This document shows, in pieces, positions 47,338 to 57,804 of a stretch of DNA of 64,000 nucleotides. The DNA lies in IMG/VR virus record IMGVR_UViG_3300025138_000015; one strand, given 5' to 3'. Made by a program: the position numbers and the translations under genes. Under the pieces are notes generated by a model. It did no database searches. It saw nothing but the letters and a program-made list of their open reading frames with translations, and was not told the origin of the DNA. This stretch comes from a virus. Position 1 is the first letter of the stretch. Every line of letters begins with the position of its first letter.

Positions 47338-48624
47338 TTATCCTTTTTTCTTCAGTAATAATTCGTATTCTCTCCAAGAAGTTGCCTTCTTGTTACCAGG
47401 AAATTTAGATGACCAACCTTGTAGATAACTATAAAGTTTTGATGCCTTTGCATCTAAGGATTTTATATCATCATCGTTTGAGACTTCTATAAAGTCTTTC
47501 TTAAAGATTCCTCTGAATTGTTTTAGATTCTTTTGAGCTGAATCCCAATCACCTTTTACAATTTCAGGTGGTAATTTTCTTGCTCTCTTTTCATTTCGTT
47601 TTTGTGCATTGTCTAATGATGCACTGACATATATCATTTTGTACTCATACCCTAATTCATCTAACATCTTCTTATAGTTTACAATTTTAGATGATTTAGC
47701 ACTGGTAGTATCAAATATAAGACCAAGTCTGCCGTTAATGTATCTATCCATTGCATTACCTGTAATCTTTTTTGCCTTGGCACGAATACCATCTCTGACA
47801 TTTGAATCAATATTTCTTAAATCTAGGGATAATCCTGCTTTCTTTAGACCTGATTCAAAAGCAGTATCAGTATTGACAAGTTTTAACCCTAATGCTTTCA
47901 GACCGAGTTTTCTAACAACAGTAGATTTACCTGAACCTGGACCTCCCATTAAGAACACTGCTTTGAATGTTCCTGGGTCATAGACTCCCTCGTCTATTAA
48001 GTCTTCTATCATATAGTCTGGTAGTGTTGACTCAACAATACCCATACCTTTACGAATATCTTTGTATAGATTCTCTATATCTTTTTTGTTTCTTGTAGGA
48101 ACTCCTTTAGAGAATGCTTCGAAATCACCTTGTTCTGCCAAGGCACGGAGTTTTGATGCACTCATTCCTGAAACATCATCGGCATCTGGGTCTCTTTCTC
48201 CTGCAGATACTATTTGTATATCATCGAACTTATAATATCCATGTCTTGCTTTGACACCATTGTATTTCTTTAACAACATCTCAAACTCTTTGACTCTATC
48301 TGAACCAACGACCATTTTTACTCTGTTGTAATTTTGTTTCTGTAGTTCATTACATATATCGAATACAGTTCTTGCAGCGACATTTGCAACTATTCTACCA
48401 AAGAATTTTTGAAGGTACTTAATCTTGTCTTTATGTGATAGTGGATTTTTCTTAGGGTCATTTGAGTGTGATGTGAATAACATTACTTGATACCCACCAC
48501 TTGATTCTTTTTTAAGTTTGTCTACTAACTTTGCATGACCTGTAGTTGGTGGATTGAAACGACCAAAGGTGAATACTACGCCTTTATCTTTTCCTTCTTT
48601 TAAAAATGAACTTAATTTTTTCAT
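47338..48624 (-). CDS. HIGH-superfamily nucleotidyltransferase (cytidyltransferase-like) fused to a P-loop kinase (zeta/Pnk/AAA_33-like)
   Basis: FTFGRFNPPTTGH, VVGSDRV, SAGERDPD, MSASKLR; GGPGSGKS, N.D, IFDTT, RN..R.R. Confidence 0.88.
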   Translation of the reverse strand: MKKLSSFLKEGKDKGVVFTFGRFNPPTTGHAKLVDKLKKESSGGYQVMLFTSHSNDPKKNPLSHKDKIKYLQKFFGRIVANVAARTVFDICNELQKQNYNRVKMVVGSDRVKEFEMLLKKYNGVKARHGYYKFDDIQIVSAGERDPDADDVSGMSASKLRALAEQGDFEAFSKGVPTRNKKDIENLYKDIRKGMGIVESTLPDYMIEDLIDEGVYDPGTFKAVFLMGGPGSGKSTVVRKLGLKALGLKLVNTDTAFESGLKKAGLSLDLRNIDSNVRDGIRAKAKKITGNAMDRYINGRLGLIFDTTSAKSSKIVNYKKMLDELGYEYKMIYVSASLDNAQKRNEKRARKLPPEIVKGDWDSAQKNLKQFRGIFKKDFIEVSNDDDIKSLDAKASKLYSYLQGWSSKFPGNKKATSWREYELLLKKKG

Positions 48625-49826
48625 TACTTATCCCAATTCTTTTGTGCAGTGAAGTTATTATATGCAAACTCCATTCTATCTACTAATTTAACTGCACTTC
48701 CTGTTTTGTCTATTGCAACATAACCTTCAGGATTTACAACTTCAAAACCTGTTGCAGTCTTTTTGAAAGTTCCTATACTCTTTACTCTATTTAGGGCAAC
48801 AATGATTATCTGTTTTGCAATAACAAGGCCTTCCATAAACTTAGTTAGATTGGTAATGAACTTGTTTAATGCACGAAGTTCGTTATATAATTGTTCACCA
48901 ATCTCTCTCTTAATCTCTTTAGTCTTTTCCATTTTAACTTTTCCAACTACTTTATCTCTCCAATAGTTCTCAAAGTGTTTCATGTATCCTGCATATGTTG
49001 GTTTAAAAGTACCACCTCTAATTTGTGCATTACAGTATGTCTTGTAAGATGCACCTGCACCCTTTTGATTTATTGTTGACTGTAATTCCATAAACTTCTG
49101 TAAGTCTTTCTTAGTGATACCATGAAATGATTTACCAACTCCTGATAAGACCTGTGTAAGTTTAAGTGTTTCTTTTGCAGTCATTGTGGAGTTTCCAGAC
49201 ACATCTTTATATGTTGCATCATCTACCCATACATCTGATGAACTACCTAGACTTGATGTATTTGCACCAAAACTGGCACCTAAATCTTCGATTGTAGAAC
49301 CACTGTATGTAGTATGAAATACAATTCCCATTTTAGAACTTGCAATAGTTTTACCTAACTTAGAGTTTACATCTACTGCATACATGATTGTATTTGGTTG
49401 AAATGTAATGAATGATTTACCATCTATCTTAGTCGTTTTCTTATCGTTGGTGTACATCAAATCACCTTGCATGATTGTATTCCAAGATAACTTAGATAGA
49501 TATTTAAATGATGTTAGAAACTTTTCTTTTAATTGACCTGAGAGTTCAGATGCATCGTTGATTTCTTGTTCTGAAGTATAGAACAATGGTGTCTTATTGA
49601 ATAGTGATTTCTTTGCAACGAAGAATTGACTTGTCTCTGGATGTTTTCCACAAAAGATTGCAGGTGCACCATCCCATTTAACAGTCATGTTTACAGAACT
49701 GTTAGAATTTCCTTTCAACATGTCTCTTAAACCTTGTAGAAAGTTTATTGCACCACGACCACCATCAATCCCTTGATTGATAATCTCGTCTTCTAAGTGT
49801 TCTAAATGTAGATTTTTTGCGCCCAT
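48624..49826 (-). CDS. Conserved phage protein (DUF6267-like) with ATP-dependent ligase-type motifs
   Basis: TVKWDG, QGDL, FQPN, PEGYV, VKLVDR in ligase motif order. Confidence 0.7.
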   Translation of the reverse strand: MGAKNLHLEHLEDEIINQGIDGGRGAINFLQGLRDMLKGNSNSSVNMTVKWDGAPAIFCGKHPETSQFFVAKKSLFNKTPLFYTSEQEINDASELSGQLKEKFLTSFKYLSKLSWNTIMQGDLMYTNDKKTTKIDGKSFITFQPNTIMYAVDVNSKLGKTIASSKMGIVFHTTYSGSTIEDLGASFGANTSSLGSSSDVWVDDATYKDVSGNSTMTAKETLKLTQVLSGVGKSFHGITKKDLQKFMELQSTINQKGAGASYKTYCNAQIRGGTFKPTYAGYMKHFENYWRDKVVGKVKMEKTKEIKREIGEQLYNELRALNKFITNLTKFMEGLVIAKQIIIVALNRVKSIGTFKKTATGFEVVNPEGYVAIDKTGSAVKLVDRMEFAYNNFTAQKNWDK

Positions 49827-49888
49827 AATAGTAGATTATACACCTTTTTAATGTGTTTGTCTACTATTTATGTGTTTTGGAAGTTGTG

Positions 49889-50347
49889 TTAGTCTACTGG
49901 TTGTGCAATAGCATCATATGATGTTATATCTGTTGCATCTGTTTCTTTAGCAGCCCATGTAGTTTTCTTGCTGTTTAATGCATCTAAGTCTGCTTGTAGA
50001 TTACCAGCAGTCCATTTCTTTGAACTATCATCACCTTTAACAGTGTGTTCTTTAAATGAGGTAACTGATGAGTGTGTACCATTCATAACTTTACAATAAG
50101 TTATTAGGTCTGCAACTTCAGTTCTAATTTGTGCATCGGTAATTCCACTTCTATCACCATCGACACCCATGTCACTGACTACAGCATCTCCATGTGCCAA
50201 GGCAGCTGTATGAAACTGGTCTACAGTCACATCTGCAGCTAATGATTCAAAGAATGCAAGTTTTACATTGTTTTCAGCCAACTCAGTTGTCTTTTTGTCA
50301 ATAGCAGGTTGAATTGTGTTGTCTATTTCGTCTTGATATACGCCCAT
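49889..50347 (-). CDS. Late hypothetical protein
   Basis: GAGG SD; TAAATA upstream. Confidence 0.65.
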   Translation of the reverse strand: MGVYQDEIDNTIQPAIDKKTTELAENNVKLAFFESLAADVTVDQFHTAALAHGDAVVSDMGVDGDRSGITDAQIRTEVADLITYCKVMNGTHSSVTSFKEHTVKGDDSSKKWTAGNLQADLDALNSKKTTWAAKETDATDITSYDAIAQPVD

Positions 50348-50586
50348 TTGATTCCTCTAACTAGGTTTTTATAGAAGTATTTAGGTTTTAGAAAGCGGAG
50401 TGGAGTGCAATTTAGTCTCTATTTTAGAAATTTTTTTATTAATTTCTTTGGATTTGATATCATCCGAGTCCTGTTTTGCTGTGCGGAGTTCTTTCTTCAA
50501 AGCTATCTTCTTTGATATCATATTGATTACTTCTTCGCTTTTTAAATTCTTTGCCATAATACTAAATACATAATGTATATATCTAT

Positions 50587-51141
50587 TTATGTATTTTTGA
50601 TGTCTATCACATCACTTTCTACAAAACATTTTGCAATGTCTTTATTTGGTATTTGAACTTTGTATGATGTATCACTCTTAGAAATGATAACTGCACAAGA
50701 CATAAACACCTTTTTGATGCATTTCTTGTATAAAAATAGTTGAACTAAGTCTAAACAATCTTTCTCCATCGACATTTCACCTAGAATTGGGTGATTGTGA
50801 GTGTGAGTTCCTTTTGAAACTTCGTATGTAATAAGACCTAATCCATCTTTTAACTTTTCATATGCCTCTTCTAATCCTTCAGTCTTTGAAGTGGTCTTCA
50901 CAAAAGAACAAACTTCAATAGGACCGAATGAACCATGTTTCTTTGATTTCGTCTCTGCAATCCCTACTGCATCAGCACCTTTCTGACTAGTTGCATCTGG
51001 ATGAATGACTCTATCAATCCAATTACCATACTGACCACTATTCCTTTCATTCAAGTCTTCATCAATCCATACTCTAGGATTATCTGTAAACCTTTTAATG
51101 TAATCTTCGTATGTTTCTATTCTTCTATCGTTGGTGCCCAT
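50587..51141 (-). CDS. Hypothetical protein
   Basis: 184-aa ORF overlapping the ParB-like gene. Confidence 0.6.
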   Translation of the reverse strand: MGTNDRRIETYEDYIKRFTDNPRVWIDEDLNERNSGQYGNWIDRVIHPDATSQKGADAVGIAETKSKKHGSFGPIEVCSFVKTTSKTEGLEEAYEKLKDGLGLITYEVSKGTHTHNHPILGEMSMEKDCLDLVQLFLYKKCIKKVFMSCAVIISKSDTSYKVQIPNKDIAKCFVESDVIDIKNT

Positions 51142-52235
51142 AGTGTCTCCAAATAAGTTTTATCTTTCTTCTTCAACTTGAACAATGTATTCATCACATT
51201 GTAATCTAATGTTGCAAGTTTGTTCTTTTGTAGAGTATCCTTTGTCAAATAACCCATAGAGTGTTTCTTAGAATAGTTAATATATGCCATGGATATTGCC
51301 TCTGTATTTAAGAAAGGAACATCTTTCACATCGAAGTTATCAAACACTTCGTCTTCTGCTTTCTCAATCAATCTTGCAAGACAAAGTAAATCTTCAATGA
51401 TAATCTCATCTGGTTTTGTATATGCAGTTTGCATTATCTTTGATGCAGTAATGAAAGAATCGGCACTATAATACTTGTAGAACTTATCTCCTTTTTTTGG
51501 TGTCACTAGTAATGCTTTGAAGATATCTTGTAATTTATCAATTCTTGGTGCATCTGGATAAAAATATCCATGTTTAACATCAATGTTTGCTTTTCCGAGA
51601 GTCGTTAAAACTGATTGTGCATCTTCATATTCAGAAGTGTTCTTAGGGAAACACAACCATGCTTTGTAAATGTTAATGAACTGAACTTCATTTGAAACAG
51701 AATTCTTCACCACAAATCTTTGTGCCTCAATTTCTTTCTCTTCTTGTAAAGTTAAACCCTCTTCATGTTCAGTTGGTAATACTGAATACTCAGTTTCACC
51801 TACAAGAAATAACATAATGATTCTATGACCACCATCAGCAACTCTCCAGTTATATTGACCATAACTTCTGAAAGTCATTAAAGGTTCTGCCAATGTGCCA
51901 TCAAAACCACCGACTTTGATAACATTCTCAAAACATTTTAATAAATCTGTAATTCTTTGATAACTTAGGTCTAAAAACATATCTGTTAACTTTACTGTAG
52001 GACAACTAGCCCAAGCTTCACTCATAACACCTGTACCGTGATAATCTTGTAAGAAAGTTAAAATCTTCTTTTTGTTTTTGAACAACTCAAAGATTTCTGT
52101 ATAAGGAACTTTTTCATCTCCCTTTACATGTTTGTATTCGAAACAGAGATTCTTAAACTCAGTTTGCAACTGATAAATCTCACCTAATAATGGATTTAAC
52201 CTGTTTTTTATTTCTTTATCGTTTAACACAAACAA
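51117..52235 (-). CDS. ParB/Srx-like domain protein
   Basis: LDLSYQR...VADGGHR...EAQRF. Confidence 0.65.
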   Translation of the reverse strand: MFVLNDKEIKNRLNPLLGEIYQLQTEFKNLCFEYKHVKGDEKVPYTEIFELFKNKKKILTFLQDYHGTGVMSEAWASCPTVKLTDMFLDLSYQRITDLLKCFENVIKVGGFDGTLAEPLMTFRSYGQYNWRVADGGHRIIMLFLVGETEYSVLPTEHEEGLTLQEEKEIEAQRFVVKNSVSNEVQFINIYKAWLCFPKNTSEYEDAQSVLTTLGKANIDVKHGYFYPDAPRIDKLQDIFKALLVTPKKGDKFYKYYSADSFITASKIMQTAYTKPDEIIIEDLLCLARLIEKAEDEVFDNFDVKDVPFLNTEAISMAYINYSKKHSMGYLTKDTLQKNKLATLDYNVMNTLFKLKKKDKTYLETLWAPTIEE

Positions 52236-52429
52236 TTATCCTCTATTAAATTGAAATCGACTAACTCTAGTACCTCACTGAAACTAATAACAGAACTGTC
52301 AAATTCTCTTAAAGCCAGATGAACAAGAGTTTCAACTTCCTGTACTGTAAAACTACCGCCGAGTCTGTACTCTAATCTGATAGTCTCGTTAACATCTTCT
52401 GCGATGCTTTCTGCATAATTCTTTTCCAT
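52223..52429 (-). CDS. Hypothetical protein
   Basis: ATG coupled to the upstream stop. Confidence 0.55.
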   Translation of the reverse strand: MEKNYAESIAEDVNETIRLEYRLGGSFTVQEVETLVHLALREFDSSVISFSEVLELVDFNLIEDNCLC

Positions 52430-52953
52430 TATGCTACCTCTGTTTCTAAATTTTCGAACCACTTGCCAAGGGATTTTTCACCCACGACTTTAGTGCCATC
52501 TACCATGACATACTCGACATTATAACTACCACCTAGGTTGCCTTTATCGACATGCTCGTAAGTCCATACTTGAACCTTAGAGAGAATCTCACTTCTCATG
52601 TAACCGTAGTCACCATTCTCGGTGACTTTCTTAGAAGTCCACTGACCTTTCTCATTCTTCTCTAAGATATAAGGAGATTCCCAAGCTTCAATGTGGTCTG
52701 ACAAATTCTCTTCGTCAATAAGTTCCCAATCAAGGACATATTCCATTGACGCAGGATTCTCATAAGAGTGAATGAATGCAGTCTCATTGACAAGACCTTC
52801 AAGGTACTCTGTATTGATGAAATCAATATCAGTAATCAGATACGAAGACCCACCTTTGAACTTCCAATATGACTCAGAAACACCATGCACATAATCTTCA
52901 TTATGAGCTGCATAGTTCTCTTTGTATTGGGTTTGAATTATTAAGTTTAACAT
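52429..52953 (-). CDS. Hypothetical early protein
   Basis: TQYKENYAAH...YWKFKGG; AGGAG SD. Confidence 0.7.
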   Translation of the reverse strand: MLNLIIQTQYKENYAAHNEDYVHGVSESYWKFKGGSSYLITDIDFINTEYLEGLVNETAFIHSYENPASMEYVLDWELIDEENLSDHIEAWESPYILEKNEKGQWTSKKVTENGDYGYMRSEILSKVQVWTYEHVDKGNLGGSYNVEYVMVDGTKVVGEKSLGKWFENLETEVA

Positions 52954-52979
52954 ATTTTCTCCTTCTTCATTATATACAT

Positions 52980-53009
52980 AGTATAACAAAAAAAGAGGCG
53001 TAATGGCAA
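52980..53009 (-). promoter_or_regulatory. Early promoter
   Basis: TTGCCA-18-TATACT with T-tract spacer. Confidence 0.7.
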
Positions 53010-53012
53010 CGC

Positions 53013-54299
53013 TTATCTACCTACTTGTCCGAGATATTTGTGTTTGGTTTCTTCCCATGACATCATTGCAATATCATCGTAGAAGAGAGTATCATCTAGT
53101 CGTTGTCTCTCTGAATTCATCAGATTATTGATTCTTTTGGCAGCGTATTTCTCTTTCCATAGAGTGGTAAGACCCTCTGTAGAGAAGTCTTGTGAACGAA
53201 CTAGTTGGTCTTCTTTAATCTCACCTCTTAGAAACTCTCTGGAGTTATCATATAAGGCAGACCAGTAGATACCTCTTTGGTGGTCTGAACGAATAATGTT
53301 CTTAGGTATTTCTAGTTTAGGGAATAGAAAACTTCTGAATCGATTTCTATGGTCTCTTTTCCAAGGTTGACCGTTCTCTCGTGTTGCTACATAAAGTGAG
53401 AAGAATCTATCGTTGTAGTTCTTTTCTCCGTACTTCAGCATCTCGCGTTCGGTGTCTTTGGTCAATTCGTATGTCATAGAACCATTTGAGTATCCACATT
53501 TCTTCCAATGTTTGAGTCTATCGTATTGTGATAAACCACCTGTCTTGGATTTACCATATAAAGATGTAGTTGTGACACTGACTAGTTTATTACCATAGTT
53601 TTCTTCCCACTGTTTCTGTATATCTTCTGATAGACATAGAAGTGCAAGTAGTTTTCCACCTGTGTAGTTATACCCTAGTGGTTGTAGTGGTACAATTGTA
53701 GAACCAATACATGAATGATTTAGAATACCACTGTTGGTTTTGAAATCTCTTTCCCAACCGATATGATTATCACGAGGAGTCAAGTCAATGAAATCACCTG
53801 TGATACAGATAACTCCAAGATATTTTCCTGTTGGTTTATCTCTGACAACATAGTGTAGATTTCTACCGATGTTAGAAGAGTTCTTCATTGTGGATGTAAA
53901 TGTTCTGATACAATTCCAGATTTCTGACCATGAACCTGCAGAGAAGTTATCGTCTCCTTCTTTTGAGGTGTATATCAATTCTGGTTCTAGTTTTTCAAAG
54001 TCTTCATATGAATTAGGCATCCATATATTACTCTTCACTTCGTTGATGAGTTTTACATGTTTCTCATTTACGAATTGTTTCTCTGAACCGAATAGAGTTC
54101 CTATCTCATGTGTAGGATATTTACGGTGTATCTCTTGATACTTCAAGTACAAAGTGTATTCTTCTACTGACATTTGAGATACAAAAGATAAGTCTTCTGT
54201 AATTCTATCTCTCATCATAGACCTGCCTATTGCATCAGGTTCTACATAGTTTTCTTTATACTCTTCGTATTGTTTCTGTATTAGTTTATCATCAAACAT
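53013..54299 (-). CDS. DUF4338 (DruA-like) domain protein, paralog 1
   Basis: GRNL.Y.V.D..TGKYLG, PRD..IGW, IVPLQPLGYNYTGGKLLAL, TTTSLYGK..SQY. Confidence 0.75.
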   Translation of the reverse strand: MFDDKLIQKQYEEYKENYVEPDAIGRSMMRDRITEDLSFVSQMSVEEYTLYLKYQEIHRKYPTHEIGTLFGSEKQFVNEKHVKLINEVKSNIWMPNSYEDFEKLEPELIYTSKEGDDNFSAGSWSEIWNCIRTFTSTMKNSSNIGRNLHYVVRDKPTGKYLGVICITGDFIDLTPRDNHIGWERDFKTNSGILNHSCIGSTIVPLQPLGYNYTGGKLLALLCLSEDIQKQWEENYGNKLVSVTTTSLYGKSKTGGLSQYDRLKHWKKCGYSNGSMTYELTKDTEREMLKYGEKNYNDRFFSLYVATRENGQPWKRDHRNRFRSFLFPKLEIPKNIIRSDHQRGIYWSALYDNSREFLRGEIKEDQLVRSQDFSTEGLTTLWKEKYAAKRINNLMNSERQRLDDTLFYDDIAMMSWEETKHKYLGQVGR

Positions 54300-55683
54300 T
54301 GAAATCCTGGTATTTTTCAGCACCTCGGTTTCTATCAAATACTGGTACATCATCACTGATATTTGTGCCACTATCTACTAGTTCCTCTTGTGCATCTTGT
54401 TCACAATCGTATAACTTCATACGACTTCTATCGATACCAATGACGAATCTTTTGAAGACTGTTGGGTCATTGTATCTATTCTTTAACTGTTTGACTACCA
54501 TTTGGTCTAACTCTTCTAGTTCTTCTGAAGAGATTAGTGCAAACATAAAGTCTGCAGTTGCAGGTAAACCAAATGATTCTGAAGTATCTTCAAGACCAAT
54601 ATCAGTAGAACCAAAACCACTTCTTGTAGTCTGAGTTGCACTCATAATTGGTACATCAAATTCTACTGCAAGTCCTCTAAGTTCTTCTGCAATACTCTTC
54701 ACTAATGTGTATGAGTTTGCACCTGCACCTGGTCTTATTCTATGTGAAGAACAGATGTTTAGATAGTCAATGAATATCATATCAGGTTTGAAATCTTTTT
54801 TGATTTCTAGTTCTTGTAATAGATGTCTAAAATGACCGACATGTGCCGATGCAGTAGGATATTCTTTGATGATAAGTCTGCCTTTAGTTTTTTGTGCAAT
54901 CTTTTCAATCTTTTTATCATACTGTTTCTTAGATAAATCAGGTAAATCTTTCATAGGAATGTTCAATGTATTTGCATCGATTCTCTCTGCAATTCTTTCT
55001 TCTGACATTTCAAGTGTAATGTATAGTATGTTCTTGTTCATCATCAAACCAGCAGATGCCATATGACACATGAATAAGGACTTACCAACACCAGTACCTG
55101 CAAGACATATATTAAGTGTTTTGTTTGGAAGACCACCTTTAGTAATCTTGTTAAAGTATTCTAAGTCAAACGGAATCTTCTCTTCTTCTGTATGATAGAA
55201 TTCAAATCTTGCTTCTGCATCTTCAATCTGGTCATGACCAATATTTTGGTCAAATGATACAGATAATGCATCTTTCAAAAGTTCAGGTATTTCACCAGTA
55301 GACCTTTGAGATTTCTTATCGATAACCTCAATAGAATCCATGACTGCAATATAGATTGCTCTATCTTTGCACCACTTCTCAGTCTCTTCAACGAGCCAAT
55401 CCATTGGAGTTGTCTCTTTGTCGAATTGACTGATTACGGTTTTAGACATTTTCAATTCATTCTCGTTAATAGAAGTATTGTTGTCTAAGTTTATGAGAAG
55501 TGCTTCCGTAGTAGGTGGTTTAGTATACTTCAAGAAATACTCTTGTATCTCTTTAAATACTACCTTCTCGTCACTCTCGGTGAAATACTCTGATTTTAGG
55601 AAAGGTAAAACCTTCCTAGTAAAGGGTTCATTCTGAATCAGATTCTTCAGGATTGTCTGTTCTAATCTCGCTATTGCTTCCAT
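54292..55683 (-). CDS. 41: Replicative helicase gp41
   Basis: [42 protein letters not shown]. Confidence 0.97.
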   Translation of the reverse strand: MEAIARLEQTILKNLIQNEPFTRKVLPFLKSEYFTESDEKVVFKEIQEYFLKYTKPPTTEALLINLDNNTSINENELKMSKTVISQFDKETTPMDWLVEETEKWCKDRAIYIAVMDSIEVIDKKSQRSTGEIPELLKDALSVSFDQNIGHDQIEDAEARFEFYHTEEEKIPFDLEYFNKITKGGLPNKTLNICLAGTGVGKSLFMCHMASAGLMMNKNILYITLEMSEERIAERIDANTLNIPMKDLPDLSKKQYDKKIEKIAQKTKGRLIIKEYPTASAHVGHFRHLLQELEIKKDFKPDMIFIDYLNICSSHRIRPGAGANSYTLVKSIAEELRGLAVEFDVPIMSATQTTRSGFGSTDIGLEDTSESFGLPATADFMFALISSEELEELDQMVVKQLKNRYNDPTVFKRFVIGIDRSRMKLYDCEQDAQEELVDSGTNISDDVPVFDRNRGAEKYQDFNV

Positions 55684-56686
55684 ATTTAAACTCTGTGTTA
55701 ACTGCTTGTTCTAGTGATTCCATAACTTCTTCTGTGAAGTATTTTTCAGGATTATTGTTAATGGTTTTACCAAATTCGGTTTTGCCATTCGGTAATTTAA
55801 CTCTCGTTGATGATTTCTCAAAAACACCATGTTTGAGTGCAAGGTCTAGTAGACCATAATACCTATCAAGACCAGTGTCATATGATAATCTCACATCAAC
55901 AACTTTGTTCTCAACAGTAAGTCTGGACTTTGCATTCTTACAGTGAATAATATTACCGATAATATCTGTTCCGTCTTTTTCCTTTCTCTTAGAGAGATAG
56001 ATAATTGATGATGCAGCGTATTTAAGACCACTACCACCACCCATTTCTTTTTGTGGGAACATAGAACCAATTACATCGTAAGTATGGTTAGTGACAATCA
56101 TAGGAACTTTTGCTCTTCCGAGTTTTAAAGTTAACACTCTGAATGCACCTTTTACAATTTGGGCACGAGTCATATCTTTTGTCTCTTTGCCCTCTGCAGT
56201 ATCTTCGATTTCTTTAGTAGTTGATAACATACCAAGTGAATCTAATACAAACATCATAGGTGGTCGTTCTGACTCATCTGTTTCTAAATATTTGTCTAAG
56301 ATACTTATTGATTGAGTTCTGAACTGTTGAACAGTCACAACTGGTACAATAACGATTCTCTTTGAATCTATGCCTCTGTCTTCAATCATTTCTCTTGTGA
56401 TTGCAGATTCAGATTCAAAGTAAATTACTGCAGCGTCTGGATTATCTGAAAGGAATTGTTTCACTATTCCTAATGCAAAGAAAGTTTTTCCTGTTGCTGA
56501 TTCACCTGCAATTGCAGTAATTTTATTTTTGGGAAGTCCACCGTGTAGTGAACCGGAAAGGAGTGCATTGAATATATAACTGCCTGTGTCTACAAACGAG
56601 TCTACATCTCCTGCTTGAACTCCGTCAGCAACAATACCTGCGTACTCATTGCCTGTTGATTTGATTAAGTCTTTCAAAAAACTCAT
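55628..56686 (-). CDS. uvsX: RecA-like recombinase UvsX
   Basis: [30 protein letters not shown]. Confidence 0.95.
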   Translation of the reverse strand: MSFLKDLIKSTGNEYAGIVADGVQAGDVDSFVDTGSYIFNALLSGSLHGGLPKNKITAIAGESATGKTFFALGIVKQFLSDNPDAAVIYFESESAITREMIEDRGIDSKRIVIVPVVTVQQFRTQSISILDKYLETDESERPPMMFVLDSLGMLSTTKEIEDTAEGKETKDMTRAQIVKGAFRVLTLKLGRAKVPMIVTNHTYDVIGSMFPQKEMGGGSGLKYAASSIIYLSKRKEKDGTDIIGNIIHCKNAKSRLTVENKVVDVRLSYDTGLDRYYGLLDLALKHGVFEKSSTRVKLPNGKTEFGKTINNNPEKYFTEEVMESLEQAVNTEFKYGSNSEIRTDNPEESDSE

Positions 56687-56931
56687 AACTATACACCTCT
56701 CATAATGTTTTTAATCATAACTCTATTATAGAGGTATCTATGAGATTTGTAAAGGGGTTTTTTAGTCTTTTTTCTGGTATGTTTTTGCGAGTTCTTTGAT
56801 AGAACCGTCACATTTTACATGTTCTTCCATCATCGCTTTGATTTGAGAAATCTGAACTTCCATGTATAAGAATCCGGCATATAATCCACCGATTAGAAAC
56901 ATATAAACCAAATCTATCGAAGAGAATTCCA

Positions 56932-57369
56932 TTAATCGTCTAAAACAACTGTTGCATTAGCAAGTAATATTTCTCTGTTTGCCATGTGTTGTTCTTCTAC
57001 TAAGTCTTTGTTCTCACCTGTATATGGTACTGCATGATGGTCTGTAATCATTTGTTCGTTTACATTGACTTTAATGCCTTCTTCATGAACAAATAGTTCA
57101 CCAAGTATTCTTCCGAATTTACCTTTATCATGTGAGATTAGAGTAATTGATTCTGCAGATTCTAATAATTCTTTAAGATGTTTTTTAGATGCCTTACCGA
57201 ATTTCTTTTCTACTAAGTCTCTTGTTCTGGATTCAGGAGTATCTATGCCCAGCATCCTTACTCTTTGTTTTTTATAAACCATTCCGAAACCAAGGTCAAT
57301 ATCTACATCTACTGTATCACCGTCAACCACTTTTGCAATAGTCACATTGTATTCATATGTGTTTTTCAT
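56932..57369 (-). CDS. Thermonuclease (SNase) family protein
   Basis: VVDGDTVD, RMLGIDTPESRT, GKFGRILG. Confidence 0.88.
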   Translation of the reverse strand: MKNTYEYNVTIAKVVDGDTVDVDIDLGFGMVYKKQRVRMLGIDTPESRTRDLVEKKFGKASKKHLKELLESAESITLISHDKGKFGRILGELFVHEEGIKVNVNEQMITDHHAVPYTGENKDLVEEQHMANREILLANATVVLDD

Positions 57370-57373
57370 AAGG

Positions 57374-57796
57374 TTATTTAGGATAATTGTGTCTTCGGTG
57401 TGAAGTCTTCTCTTCCCAATCTTCTATTGCTTTTTTGATGGAGTCTTCTGCAAGGACTGAGCAGTGTAATTTGATTGCAGGTAATTCAAGGATTTCTGCA
57501 ATCTCTTTATCTTTAATAAGTTTTGCTTCGTCAATCGTTTTCCCTGTAAGTAAGTCAACGAACAACGAACTCGATGCAATAGCACTTCCGCATCCGTATG
57601 TTTTGAATTTGACATCTATGATTCTCTCATTGTCGTCTAATTTTAATTGAAGTTTCATTACATCACCACATGCAGGAGCTCCTGTCATGCCTGTTGCAAC
57701 CATTGGGTCTTTTGGGTCGAATCTACCCACTGAATGTTTTTCAGGATTCCTTAAAACATCCTCGAATCTATCGACTACTTTTTTACTATATGCCAT
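57374..57796 (-). CDS. iscU: Fe-S cluster scaffold IscU
   Basis: GAPACGDVMKL, FKTYGCGSAIASSS, LPAIKLHCSVLAED. Confidence 0.93.
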   Translation of the reverse strand: MAYSKKVVDRFEDVLRNPEKHSVGRFDPKDPMVATGMTGAPACGDVMKLQLKLDDNERIIDVKFKTYGCGSAIASSSLFVDLLTGKTIDEAKLIKDKEIAEILELPAIKLHCSVLAEDSIKKAIEDWEEKTSHRRHNYPK

Positions 57797-57804
57797 GGTT
57801 ATAT

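Noticed and set aside
47338-48000. Epsilon-zeta toxin-antitoxin pair
   Set aside because: The kinase is fused to an NTase, no epsilon-like antitoxin is adjacent, and its substrate cannot be assigned from sequence.
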